This document shows, piece by piece, positions 36,865 through 45,076 of a DNA stretch of 64,000 bases; the stretch's first letter is position 1; every line of letters starts with the position of its first letter. The position numbers and the translations under genes were made by a program. The DNA comes from an uncultured Rhodobacteraceae bacterium. Its GTDB lineage: Bacteria; Pseudomonadota; Alphaproteobacteria; Rhodobacterales; Rhodobacteraceae. The notes below the pieces were generated by a model that saw only the letters and a list, made by a program, of their open reading frames with translations, was not told where the DNA came from and searched no databases. Where the stretch lies: the NCBI GenBank assembly GCA_937864535.1, contig CALMJS010000031.1:23468-87467 (forward strand). The letters run 5' to 3'.

Positions 36865-37932
36865 ATGCCTGCCAAGATTCCCGCCACCGTTGTCACCGGT
36901 TTCCTCGGTGCCGGTAAGACCACCCTGATCCGTCACCTGCTGCAAAATGCCAAGGGCAAGCGGATCGCCCTGATCATCAACGAATTCGGCGACCTTGGCG
37001 TAGATGGAGACATCCTCAAGGGCTGCGGCGATGAGGTCTGCACCGAAGACGACATCATGGAACTGTCGAACGGCTGCATCTGCTGCACCGTGGCCGACGA
37101 TTTCATCCCGACGATGGAAAAGCTGCTGAACCGCGACGACAAACCCGATCACATCGTGATTGAAACCTCGGGCCTTGCGCTGCCGCAACCGCTCGTCCGT
37201 GCGTTCAACTGGCCGGGCATTTCGACCAAGGTCACCGTGGACGGTGTTGTGACCGTGGTGGACGGCAAGGCCGTCACCGAGGGCCGTTTCGCCCACAGCG
37301 TCGAGGCTGTCGATGCCCAGCGCAAACTGGACGAGAACCTCGACCATGAAACCCCGCTGTCCGAACTGTTCGAAGACCAGATCGCCTGCGCCGACATGAT
37401 CGTCGTCAACAAAACCGACCTTTTGTCCGCCGATGAAGTCGAGGCGCTGACCGCGCAACTGAAATCCGAGAGCCGCGATGGCGTTCAGGTGGTCAAGGCG
37501 ACGATGGGCGCTCTGCCCGTCGATGTGCTGCTGGGTCAGGGGATCGGGGCGGAGAACGACCTAGAGGCCCGTCACGAGGTGCATCACCATCACCACCACG
37601 ACGATCATGACGATGACCACGATCATGACCACCATCACCACGACCATGGCCATGACGAATTCGAGTCCTTTGTCGTGACGCTGGGCGAGATTGCCGACCC
37701 CAAGGCGTTTTCGGCCAAGGTTGTCGAGATCATCAAGGCCCACGATATCCTGCGCCTCAAGGGCTTTGTTGCCGTTTCCGGCAAACCCATGCGCCTGACG
37801 CTCCAAGCTGTTGGCCCGCGGATCGAAACCTACTTTGACCAGCCATTCCGTGGCGACCGCGAAACCCGTCTGGTGGTCATCGGCGAGGCCGGTCTGGACC
37901 GCACTGCCATCGAACAGGCGCTGACTGCATGA
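36865..37932 (+). CDS. cobW: Cobalamin biosynthesis GTPase CobW (COG0523)
   Basis: PATVVTGFLGAGKTTLIRHLL (P-loop), CICCT metal motif, His-rich insert HEVHHHHHHDDHDDDHDHDHHHHDHGHDEF and the CobW C-terminal domain. Confidence 0.9.
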   Translation: MPAKIPATVVTGFLGAGKTTLIRHLLQNAKGKRIALIINEFGDLGVDGDILKGCGDEVCTEDDIMELSNGCICCTVADDFIPTMEKLLNRDDKPDHIVIETSGLALPQPLVRAFNWPGISTKVTVDGVVTVVDGKAVTEGRFAHSVEAVDAQRKLDENLDHETPLSELFEDQIACADMIVVNKTDLLSADEVEALTAQLKSESRDGVQVVKATMGALPVDVLLGQGIGAENDLEARHEVHHHHHHDDHDDDHDHDHHHHDHGHDEFESFVVTLGEIADPKAFSAKVVEIIKAHDILRLKGFVAVSGKPMRLTLQAVGPRIETYFDQPFRGDRETRLVVIGEAGLDRTAIEQALTA

Positions 37933-38378
37933 TCATCGTCGAGCGGAATAGCCCCAAACATCCACAGGCCAGCGACCTGCTCCGGCAGTCGCATGCCTAT
38001 CTGGATACGCATTTTCCGCCCGAAGAGAACTTTGGCCTCGATATCGACGGTCTCTGCGTTGACACGATCCGGTTCTTTACGGCCCGGATCGGCGATACCA
38101 TTCTGGGCACCGGCGCGCTGTCGATCAAGGACGGCTATGGCGAGGTAAAATCGATGTTCACCTCCCCTGCCGCTCGCGGCAAGGGGGTGGCCTCGGCGCT
38201 CCTGCGACAGATCGAGGACGAGGCACGCGCCGAAGGGTTGCCGCTGTTGCGGCTGGAAACGGGCGTCCCGCTGGTCGAGGCAGTCGCGCTCTACGACCGC
38301 CTCGGGTTCACGCGACGCGGCCCGTTCGGGGACTATCCGGATCTGGCCTCTTCCATCTTCATGGAAAAGGCCCTGTGA
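37929..38378 (+). CDS. GNAT-family N-acetyltransferase
   Basis: 149 aa with RGKGVASALLRQIEDEARAEG (acetyl-CoA binding Q/RxxGxG/A). Its ATGA overlap with the cobW stop suggests co-transcription. Confidence 0.8.
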   Translation: MIIVERNSPKHPQASDLLRQSHAYLDTHFPPEENFGLDIDGLCVDTIRFFTARIGDTILGTGALSIKDGYGEVKSMFTSPAARGKGVASALLRQIEDEARAEGLPLLRLETGVPLVEAVALYDRLGFTRRGPFGDYPDLASSIFMEKAL

Positions 38379-38380
38379 GA

Positions 38381-38545
38381 TCACTCTTCCTTTTTGGCCT
38401 CTGCGGCCTTTTTCATCCGGGCGAGCAGCGCAGCCTTGTCGTCCTTGCCGCCAAACGGGTTCTTGTTTGTTCCCTTGGCGTTATGTTCGTTGTGGCGCGG
38501 GTGACCCTTTGGCCCCTTTGCGTTGCCCGATTTGCTGTAATCCAT
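38381..38545 (-). CDS. Small basic hypothetical protein (54 aa)
   Basis: MDYSKSGNAKGPKGHPRHNEHNAKGTNKNPFGGKDDKAALLARMKKAAEAKKEE, with a strong AAGGAG Shine-Dalgarno 8 nt before the ATG at 38545. Confidence 0.5.
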   Translation of the reverse strand: MDYSKSGNAKGPKGHPRHNEHNAKGTNKNPFGGKDDKAALLARMKKAAEAKKEE

Positions 38546-38593
38546 GATGTGGCTCCTTTGCCGCGCTGATGCCTGAAATATAAGGCCGATACA

Positions 38594-41500
38594 ATGCACC
38601 TGCTAGCCGCTACCCCCGGAAACATCGACGATCAGGAACCCGTGGACCTCGGGCAGAGCCCGGCGGACGTCGTGGTGATCTCTGCCGCGGACACGGAACT
38701 GGCGGCTCTGTCACAGGCCCGCAGCGAAATGACCGAACCGCCGACCCTGCGGCTGGCCTCCCTGATGAACCTGATGCACCCCTTGTCCGTGGACCTGCAT
38801 CTGGACAGTTGCGCCACGAAATCGCGGATCGTCGTTGCGCGGGTTCTGGGCGGTGCGGGTTATTGGAAATACGGGCTGGAACAGTATGCGGCGCGTCTGC
38901 ACGAAGCGGGTGTCCCCTTTGCCGCCCTGCCCGGCGATGACAAACCGGACGCCGAACTGCGCGAACTGTCCACTGTGCGCGGCGCGGACTACGATGCCCT
39001 CTGGAGCTATCTGGTCGAAGGCGGTCCCGCGAATGCCGCCGGGTTTCTGGCCTATGCAAAATCGCTGATTGACGGTGGCGATCGCCCTGCGCAGGCCTCT
39101 CCCCTGCTCAGAGCGGGCATCTATTGGCCGAGCCTTGCCACATCGAATCTTACCGATGTGAAAGAAATGTGGACACCGGAGGCGCCGGTGGTTCCGATCA
39201 TCTTTTACCGCGCCTTGGTACAGGGTGCCGGGCTGAACCCGATCAATCGGCTGACGCGATCCCTGTTGCGGACAGGCCTGAACCCTCTGCCGGTCTTTGT
39301 TGCATCGCTCAAGGACCCGGTTTCGGTCGCCACGCTGGAACAGTTGTTCACCTCTGCGCCGCCCGATGTGATCCTGAACTGCACCTCGTTTGCGGTGGGC
39401 AGCCCCCATGCGGACGAGGCCGCCGCCAACCCGCTCGCCGCGGCCTTTGCCAACAACGCCCCCGTGTTTCAGGTGGTCCTGTCCGGCGGCAGCGAAGAGG
39501 CATGGTCGCAGGGTCTGACTGGCCTGTCTGCCCGCGACATCGCCATGAACGTCGCCCTGCCCGAGGTCGACGGCCGCATCCTGTCCCGCACCATCAGTTT
39601 CAAGGGCGAGGCCTATTTCGACGACGCCACAGAATGTCCGATTGCCACCTATCAGGCGAACGGCGACCGCATCGATTTTGTCACCCGCCTGACCGCGAAC
39701 TGGGCCACCCTGCGCAGAACCGCACCCGCCGACCGCAAAATAGCGATTGTTCTGGCGAACTACCCGAACAAGGATGGCCGGCTGGCGAACGGCGTCGGCC
39801 TCGATACCCCCGCCGGCACCGCACATACGTTGTCGTTGCTTGCTGCGGCGGGATACCAGACCGAAACGCCCGACAGCCGCGCCCTGATGGACCGGATCAC
39901 CGCTGGCCCGACCAACTGGCTGACCGACCGCACCCAGAGAACCGGGGGCGAGGTGCTGCCGCTGACCGATTACATGACGCAGTTCAACGCCCTCCCGTGG
40001 GAGGTCAAACAGCGGATCACTGATCGCTGGGGCACGCCCGAAGACGACCCCTTCCTCACGGACGCCGGATTTGCTCTGTCGATCCACAGCTACGGCAATG
40101 TGGTCGTCGGCGTGCAACCCGCACGCGGCTATAACATCGACCCGACCGAAACCTACCACTCCCCCGATCTGGTCCCGCCGCACAACTATCTGGCGTTCTA
40201 TTTCTGGCTGCGCCACACACTGGGCGCCCATGCCATCGTTCACATGGGCAAGCATGGCAATATGGAGTGGCTGCCCGGAAAATCCGTCGCCCTGTCAGAG
40301 ACCTGCCTGCCAGAGGCCGTCTTTGGCCCGACGCCGCATATCTATCCCTTTATCGTCAATGACCCCGGCGAAGGCACGCAGGCCAAACGCCGTGCGCAGG
40401 CGGTGATCATCGACCACCTGACCCCGCCTCTGACCCGCGCCGAGAGTTACGGCCCCCTGCGCGATCTCGAAGCCTTGGTTGACGAATATTACGAAGCCGC
40501 AGGCGTCGACCCCCGCCGCATCGACACGCTGCGCCGTGAAATCCTGTCGCTGTCCGATGTGACGGGGCTGGCGCAGGACGTGGGCATGACCGGCGATCAG
40601 GAACAGGATCTGGCCAAGCTCGACGCCTATCTGTGCGAGTTGAAAGAGGCGCAAATCCGCGACGGCCTGCATATTTTCGGCCAATCGCCGACCGGCCAGC
40701 AGGCGCTGGACCTCGCCATCGCGCTGGCGCGCGTGCCGCGTGGTGACGGCAAGGGGCGAAATGCCTCGCTATTGCGGGCGCTGGCAGACGACCTCGGGCT
40801 CGCTTTCGATCCGCTCAGCGCCGACCTCGGCACCCCATGGAGCGGCCCGCGCCCCGACATCCTGACCGATGACAGCACATGGCGCACCAGCGGCGACACC
40901 GTCGAGCGGCTCGAACTCCTCAGCCAGACGCTCTTGCGGGACGGTGGGTGGGGCGATGCGGAGGACACTCCGCGAGCGTCGCCCCCCGGACCGAAATCGG
41001 CAGAGGTCATAGGTGAAATCCTGACCGTAATCCTCCCGATCATCGCCGCCTGCGGACCTGATGAGGGCGCGGCAATCCTGACTGCCTTGAACGGCCACGC
41101 CGTCGCCCCCGGCCCGTCCGGCGCGCCGACCCGCGGCCGGCTGGACGTGCTGCCTACGGGCAAGAACTTTTTCAGCGTCGATAGCCGTGCCGTTCCGACG
41201 CCGACCGCTTGGTCGCTGGGATGGAAGTCCGCCAACCTGTTGATTGAAAAACACCTTCAGGATCACGGCGACTGGCCGCGCACGATGCTGGTGACCGCCT
41301 GGGGCACCGCAAATATGCGGACGGGCGGCGACGACATCGCGCAGGCGCTCGCGCTGATGGGCGTGAAACCTACATGGGACAGCGCCAATCGCCGTGTGAC
41401 CGGCTTTGAAATCCTGCCCGAAGGCGTGCTGGGCCGTCCGCGCGTTGACGTGACCCTGCGGGTCTCCGGCTTTTTCCGCGATGCATTTCCACAGTTGATC

Positions 41501-42292
41501 GCGCTGGTCGATAGCGCCGCCCGTGCGGTTCAGGCGCTGGACGAATCCGACGACCAGAACCCCGCCGCCGCCCGCGCCCGCGCCGGTGAAAACGCCGCCC
41601 GTGTTTATGGATCGAAGCCCGGTGCCTATGGTGCAGGCCTACAGGCGCTGATCGACGAACGGATCTGGAACGACAAGGCCGATCTGGGCAACGCCTATAT
41701 CGAATGGGGCGGTTACACTTATGGGGCCAAGGACGACGGCACCGCCGACCACGACGGCTTCCGCCAGCGCCTGTCCCAGACCGAAGCCATCGTGCAAAAT
41801 CAGGACAACCGCGAACACGACCTGCTGGATTCGGACGACTATTACCAGTTCGAGGGCGGCGCTGCGGCGGCGATCAGCACGCTACAGGGGCAAGATCGCC
41901 CGATTTACCACAACGACCATTCCCGCCCCGAACGCCCCGTCATCCGCACGCTGGAAGACGAGATCGGCCGCGTAGTCCGCAGCCGCGTAGTGAACCCCAA
42001 ATGGATCCAAGGTGTCAAACGTCACGGTTACAAAGGTGCCTTCGAAATCGCCGCGACCGTTGATTATATGTTCGCCTTTGCCGCCACGACCGGCGCGGTG
42101 CGCAGCCATCATTTCGATCTGGTCGAAAGCGCCTTTCTCGAGGATGACGACACCCGGGCCTTTATCGAGGACGCAAACCCCGCTGCCCTGCGCGAAATCG
42201 CGGAACGGCTTCAGGAAGCGATCGATCGCGGGCTTTGGCAGCCGCGCTCGAACTCTGCCCGTGCGCGGCTTGCCGGAGTGTTGGACGCTTAA
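38594..42292 (+). CDS. cobN: Cobaltochelatase large subunit CobN
   Basis: 1232 aa. MHLLAATPGNIDDQEPVDLGQSPADVVVISAADTELAAL is a CobN-type N-terminus, and the protein has the length and character of the CobN/Mg-chelatase H family. Confidence 0.95.
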   Translation: MHLLAATPGNIDDQEPVDLGQSPADVVVISAADTELAALSQARSEMTEPPTLRLASLMNLMHPLSVDLHLDSCATKSRIVVARVLGGAGYWKYGLEQYAARLHEAGVPFAALPGDDKPDAELRELSTVRGADYDALWSYLVEGGPANAAGFLAYAKSLIDGGDRPAQASPLLRAGIYWPSLATSNLTDVKEMWTPEAPVVPIIFYRALVQGAGLNPINRLTRSLLRTGLNPLPVFVASLKDPVSVATLEQLFTSAPPDVILNCTSFAVGSPHADEAAANPLAAAFANNAPVFQVVLSGGSEEAWSQGLTGLSARDIAMNVALPEVDGRILSRTISFKGEAYFDDATECPIATYQANGDRIDFVTRLTANWATLRRTAPADRKIAIVLANYPNKDGRLANGVGLDTPAGTAHTLSLLAAAGYQTETPDSRALMDRITAGPTNWLTDRTQRTGGEVLPLTDYMTQFNALPWEVKQRITDRWGTPEDDPFLTDAGFALSIHSYGNVVVGVQPARGYNIDPTETYHSPDLVPPHNYLAFYFWLRHTLGAHAIVHMGKHGNMEWLPGKSVALSETCLPEAVFGPTPHIYPFIVNDPGEGTQAKRRAQAVIIDHLTPPLTRAESYGPLRDLEALVDEYYEAAGVDPRRIDTLRREILSLSDVTGLAQDVGMTGDQEQDLAKLDAYLCELKEAQIRDGLHIFGQSPTGQQALDLAIALARVPRGDGKGRNASLLRALADDLGLAFDPLSADLGTPWSGPRPDILTDDSTWRTSGDTVERLELLSQTLLRDGGWGDAEDTPRASPPGPKSAEVIGEILTVILPIIAACGPDEGAAILTALNGHAVAPGPSGAPTRGRLDVLPTGKNFFSVDSRAVPTPTAWSLGWKSANLLIEKHLQDHGDWPRTMLVTAWGTANMRTGGDDIAQALALMGVKPTWDSANRRVTGFEILPEGVLGRPRVDVTLRVSGFFRDAFPQLIALVDSAARAVQALDESDDQNPAAARARAGENAARVYGSKPGAYGAGLQALIDERIWNDKADLGNAYIEWGGYTYGAKDDGTADHDGFRQRLSQTEAIVQNQDNREHDLLDSDDYYQFEGGAAAAISTLQGQDRPIYHNDHSRPERPVIRTLEDEIGRVVRSRVVNPKWIQGVKRHGYKGAFEIAATVDYMFAFAATTGAVRSHHFDLVESAFLEDDDTRAFIEDANPAALREIAERLQEAIDRGLWQPRSNSARARLAGVLDA

Positions 42293-42452
42293 ACCGTCGC
42301 CAGCATTGCAACGCCGACGTAGAGAACCAACGCGAAAATGGTGAAATACTGCATGATGAACCCCGATGCCCCGTAGAGACCGCGGATCTGCACGATTGCA
42401 ATTGCTCCCGTAAGGGGAAAACCGCGCCGACATGATGCGGGCCTGAAAACTG

Positions 42453-42965
42453 TTGAATATCCGCCACATACGGAGAGTGGAATTGACTTTGCCATACCGC
42501 CTCGCCGCACAGAGTCCCGAACTGGTTCAGGTTCTCGACCTTATTCGGGCAAGTTTTGCCTACATGGACGGTATCATCGCCCCGCCTTCGTCGATGCATC
42601 ATCTGACCGTCGAATCGCTGGCACGCACCGCCGAGGAGGCCGAGGTCTGGGCCATAGGTGTGCCACCGGTCGCCTGCGTTGTTTTCACTCCGAAACGCGA
42701 TGCACTTTATATCGGCAAACTGGCGGTTGCGCCACTCCACCGAAAATCCGGACTTGCCCGCGATCTGATTGCACTGGCCGAAACCCGGGCGCATGCGCTG
42801 GGCTATGATACCCTGGAACTCCAGGTCAGGGTCGAACTGACCAGCAATCAGGCGACCTTTATTCGGCTGGGCTTTGTGGAATCGGGTCGAACGGCGCACC
42901 CCGGCTATACTCGGCCGACCTCGATCACCTATCGAAAAACCATCAACCGTCTGAAATCCATATAG
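42453..42965 (+). CDS. GNAT-family N-acetyltransferase
   Basis: LYIGKLAVAPLHRKSGLARDLIALAE... is a GNAT core. The start codon is uncertain (the track start is a TTG). Confidence 0.7.
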   Translation: MNIRHIRRVELTLPYRLAAQSPELVQVLDLIRASFAYMDGIIAPPSSMHHLTVESLARTAEEAEVWAIGVPPVACVVFTPKRDALYIGKLAVAPLHRKSGLARDLIALAETRAHALGYDTLELQVRVELTSNQATFIRLGFVESGRTAHPGYTRPTSITYRKTINRLKSI

Positions 42966-42986
42966 GTTTCTGATTACATCTTAATG

Positions 42987-43014
42987 TTGACATATATACG
43001 GATATTCCTATACA
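42987..43014 (+). promoter_or_regulatory. Candidate sigma70-type promoter in an AT-rich spacer
   Basis: TTGACA (42987-42992), 16 nt, TATACA (43009-43014). A tandem ATACATG ATACATG repeat overlaps the -10 element. Confidence 0.4.
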
Positions 43015-43051
43015 TGAATACATGTTGATAACTTAATATAAGGAGAGCCCC

Positions 43052-44263
43052 ATGCCCACTCTCGTCAAACGACCTGCAGACAACTGGTCACCGCTCTATT
43101 TCCTAGGCTCCGTCGGAGCAGGCGGTCTGGCTGTTACCTTCTTTATGTATCTGATGTTCTGGGTCCCGCACCCGAACGCCTCGGTGCCGGTCTTCAAAGA
43201 CATTGCCGCCGCTTGGGCCAAGGGCAATCCGTGGCAACAGACGGCCATCGCCATCGCAATGCTGGCAATCGCCTTCTTTGTTTTTCAGAATATCCGCTAC
43301 CTGCTCTGGAATCTTGCCAAGCTCATCGCGTTCAAACAAACCGCTGCCTATCAAAAACTGCGCCACTCGAACGGTGAAACACAGTTGCTGGCGATTCCGC
43401 TGGCCGTTGCGATGTCGATCAACGCGCTGTTCATAGTCGGTCTGGTGTTTGTGCCGAATCTGTGGTCGATCGTCGAAGTTCTGTTCCCTGCCGCCATGGC
43501 CGCATTCTTTGTCACCGGTCTCTGGGCGCTGCGCATGATTGGTCACTTCCTCGGACGTGTCCTCTCCGAAGGCGGGTTGTTCGACGTAACGACCCACAAT
43601 TCCTTTGCCCAACTCCTGCCTGCATTTGCCCTTGCGATGGTTGCGGTCGGTCTCTCGGCGCCTGCGGCTATGTCGGTGACCACAGCCACCGTCGGCACGG
43701 CCATTGTCATCTCGACCTTTTTCGGGCTGATCGCCGCAATCTATGCGATCTTTGGAGCCATCACCGCTTTCAACTCGATGCTCCACTATGGCACCGCGAA
43801 AGAGGCCGGTCCGACCCTGATGATCATCATCCCGTTGATGACCGTCCTTGGCATCATGGTGCTGCGTCAGAGCCACGGCCTGCACACCACGTTCGAGGTC
43901 CACACCACGAACGTAGAAACCCTGATGACGCTGACCAAGTTTTTGACCGTGCAGGTTCTGTTCCTCATGCTTGGCCTGACCATCCTGCGGCGTCAGGGCT
44001 ACGCCTCGACCTTCCTGTGGGGGGACAAAACCTCGGCCGGCTCCTATGCGCTGGTCTGCCCCGGTGTTGCTCTTTCGGTGATGGTCCAGTTCTGGTTGCA
44101 CAAAGGTCTGGTCGCCGCGGGGCTGGTCGCCAAATTCAGCACCACCTACTGGGTGATTGTCGCTGTCGCACTGGCGTTCCAGTTCGCGATGGTCGCGCTG
44201 GTCTTCCACCTGAACCGCCGTCACTTTGGACGCAGCAGCATGGTCGCGGTCCCCGCAGAATAA
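43052..44263 (+). CDS. Integral membrane protein, putatively TDT (TehA/Mae1/SLAC1-like) transporter family
   Basis: 403 aa, about 10 TM segments. The N-terminal SPLYFLGSVGAGGLAVTF resembles the TehA-family YFGIVLGTIGMG block. AAGGAG Shine-Dalgarno. The family call is tentative. Confidence 0.5.
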   Translation: MPTLVKRPADNWSPLYFLGSVGAGGLAVTFFMYLMFWVPHPNASVPVFKDIAAAWAKGNPWQQTAIAIAMLAIAFFVFQNIRYLLWNLAKLIAFKQTAAYQKLRHSNGETQLLAIPLAVAMSINALFIVGLVFVPNLWSIVEVLFPAAMAAFFVTGLWALRMIGHFLGRVLSEGGLFDVTTHNSFAQLLPAFALAMVAVGLSAPAAMSVTTATVGTAIVISTFFGLIAAIYAIFGAITAFNSMLHYGTAKEAGPTLMIIIPLMTVLGIMVLRQSHGLHTTFEVHTTNVETLMTLTKFLTVQVLFLMLGLTILRRQGYASTFLWGDKTSAGSYALVCPGVALSVMVQFWLHKGLVAAGLVAKFSTTYWVIVAVALAFQFAMVALVFHLNRRHFGRSSMVAVPAE

Positions 44264-44285
44264 TCACTCTCTTACAGAACATACG

Positions 44286-44318
44286 AACGGGCGTCTTCGG
44301 GCGCCCGTTTGCCGTTTT
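44286..44318 (+). terminator. Rho-independent terminator after the membrane protein gene
   Basis: aacgggcg-tcttcggg-cgcccgtt followed by tgccgtttt. Confidence 0.6.
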
Positions 44319-44374
44319 GCGCCTTGCACCTGTGCGAGGCTGGGGCCAAACTCTCCAGCGCACAGGAGAAAAAC

Positions 44375-44983
44375 ATGACCGAAGATACAGAACGTCACGC
44401 GCAGAAAATGGCCAAGAAAAAGGCCGCCCGCGATAAGATCATGGCGACCAAGACTGACCAGAAGGGCCTGATCATCGTTCACACCGGCAAGGGCAAAGGC
44501 AAATCCACCGCCGCCTTTGGCATGATTTTTCGCCACATCGCACATGGCATGAAATCCGCCGTCGTCCAGTTCATCAAGGGCGGGATGAGCACCGGAGAAC
44601 GCGATCTGATCCTGTCCCGGTTTACCGACCTGTGTGAATTCCACACCATGGGCGAAGGGTTCACATGGGAAACCCAGGACAAAACGCGCGATACCGAAAT
44701 GGCGCAGGCAGCCTGGCAAAAGGCCAAGGATCTGATCCGCGACCCCGCCAACAGCATGGTCCTGCTGGACGAAATCAACATCGCGATCCGCTACGACTAT
44801 ATCGACATCAAAGAGGTGGTCGAATTCCTGTCTACGGAAAAACCACATATGACCCATGTGGTCCTGACCGGGCGCAACGCCCATGACGACCTGATTGAAA
44901 TCGCCGATCTGGTCACGGAAATGGAACTGGTGAAACATCCGTTCCGGTCCGGAATCAAGGCGCAGATCGGGGTGGAATACTAA
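44375..44983 (+). CDS. cobO: Cob(I)yrinic acid a,c-diamide adenosyltransferase
   Basis: GLIIVHTGKGKGKSTAAFG (P-loop) and LDEINIAIRY. The ATG at 44375 follows AGGAGAA. Confidence 0.92.
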   Translation: MTEDTERHAQKMAKKKAARDKIMATKTDQKGLIIVHTGKGKGKSTAAFGMIFRHIAHGMKSAVVQFIKGGMSTGERDLILSRFTDLCEFHTMGEGFTWETQDKTRDTEMAQAAWQKAKDLIRDPANSMVLLDEINIAIRYDYIDIKEVVEFLSTEKPHMTHVVLTGRNAHDDLIEIADLVTEMELVKHPFRSGIKAQIGVEY

Positions 44984-45076
44984 CTCCGCAATCCGGGAAC
45001 ACCCACACGTCAGGGCGGTTGTCGGACCCTGCGGCAGCGGTTCAGCCACGATCCGCTGCCCGTTTCTGATCGCGCT

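Noticed and set aside
42289-42510. 73-aa minus-strand ORF overlapping the cobN stop and the GNAT start. Its last 21 codons (MQYFTIFALVLYVGVAMLATV) could encode a tiny hydrophobic peptide.
   Set aside because: The long version overlaps two better-supported genes and is Arg/Gly-rich. The 21-aa version has only a weak GGGG Shine-Dalgarno and I cannot assess conservation. This is insufficient support to call it.
45033-45060. Hairpin ggcagcgg-N12-ccgctgcc between the convergent cobO and TPP-enzyme genes, as a possible terminator.
   Set aside because: The loop is long (12 nt) and the following T-tract is weak (cgtttctg). It is plausible, but below my threshold for a feature call.
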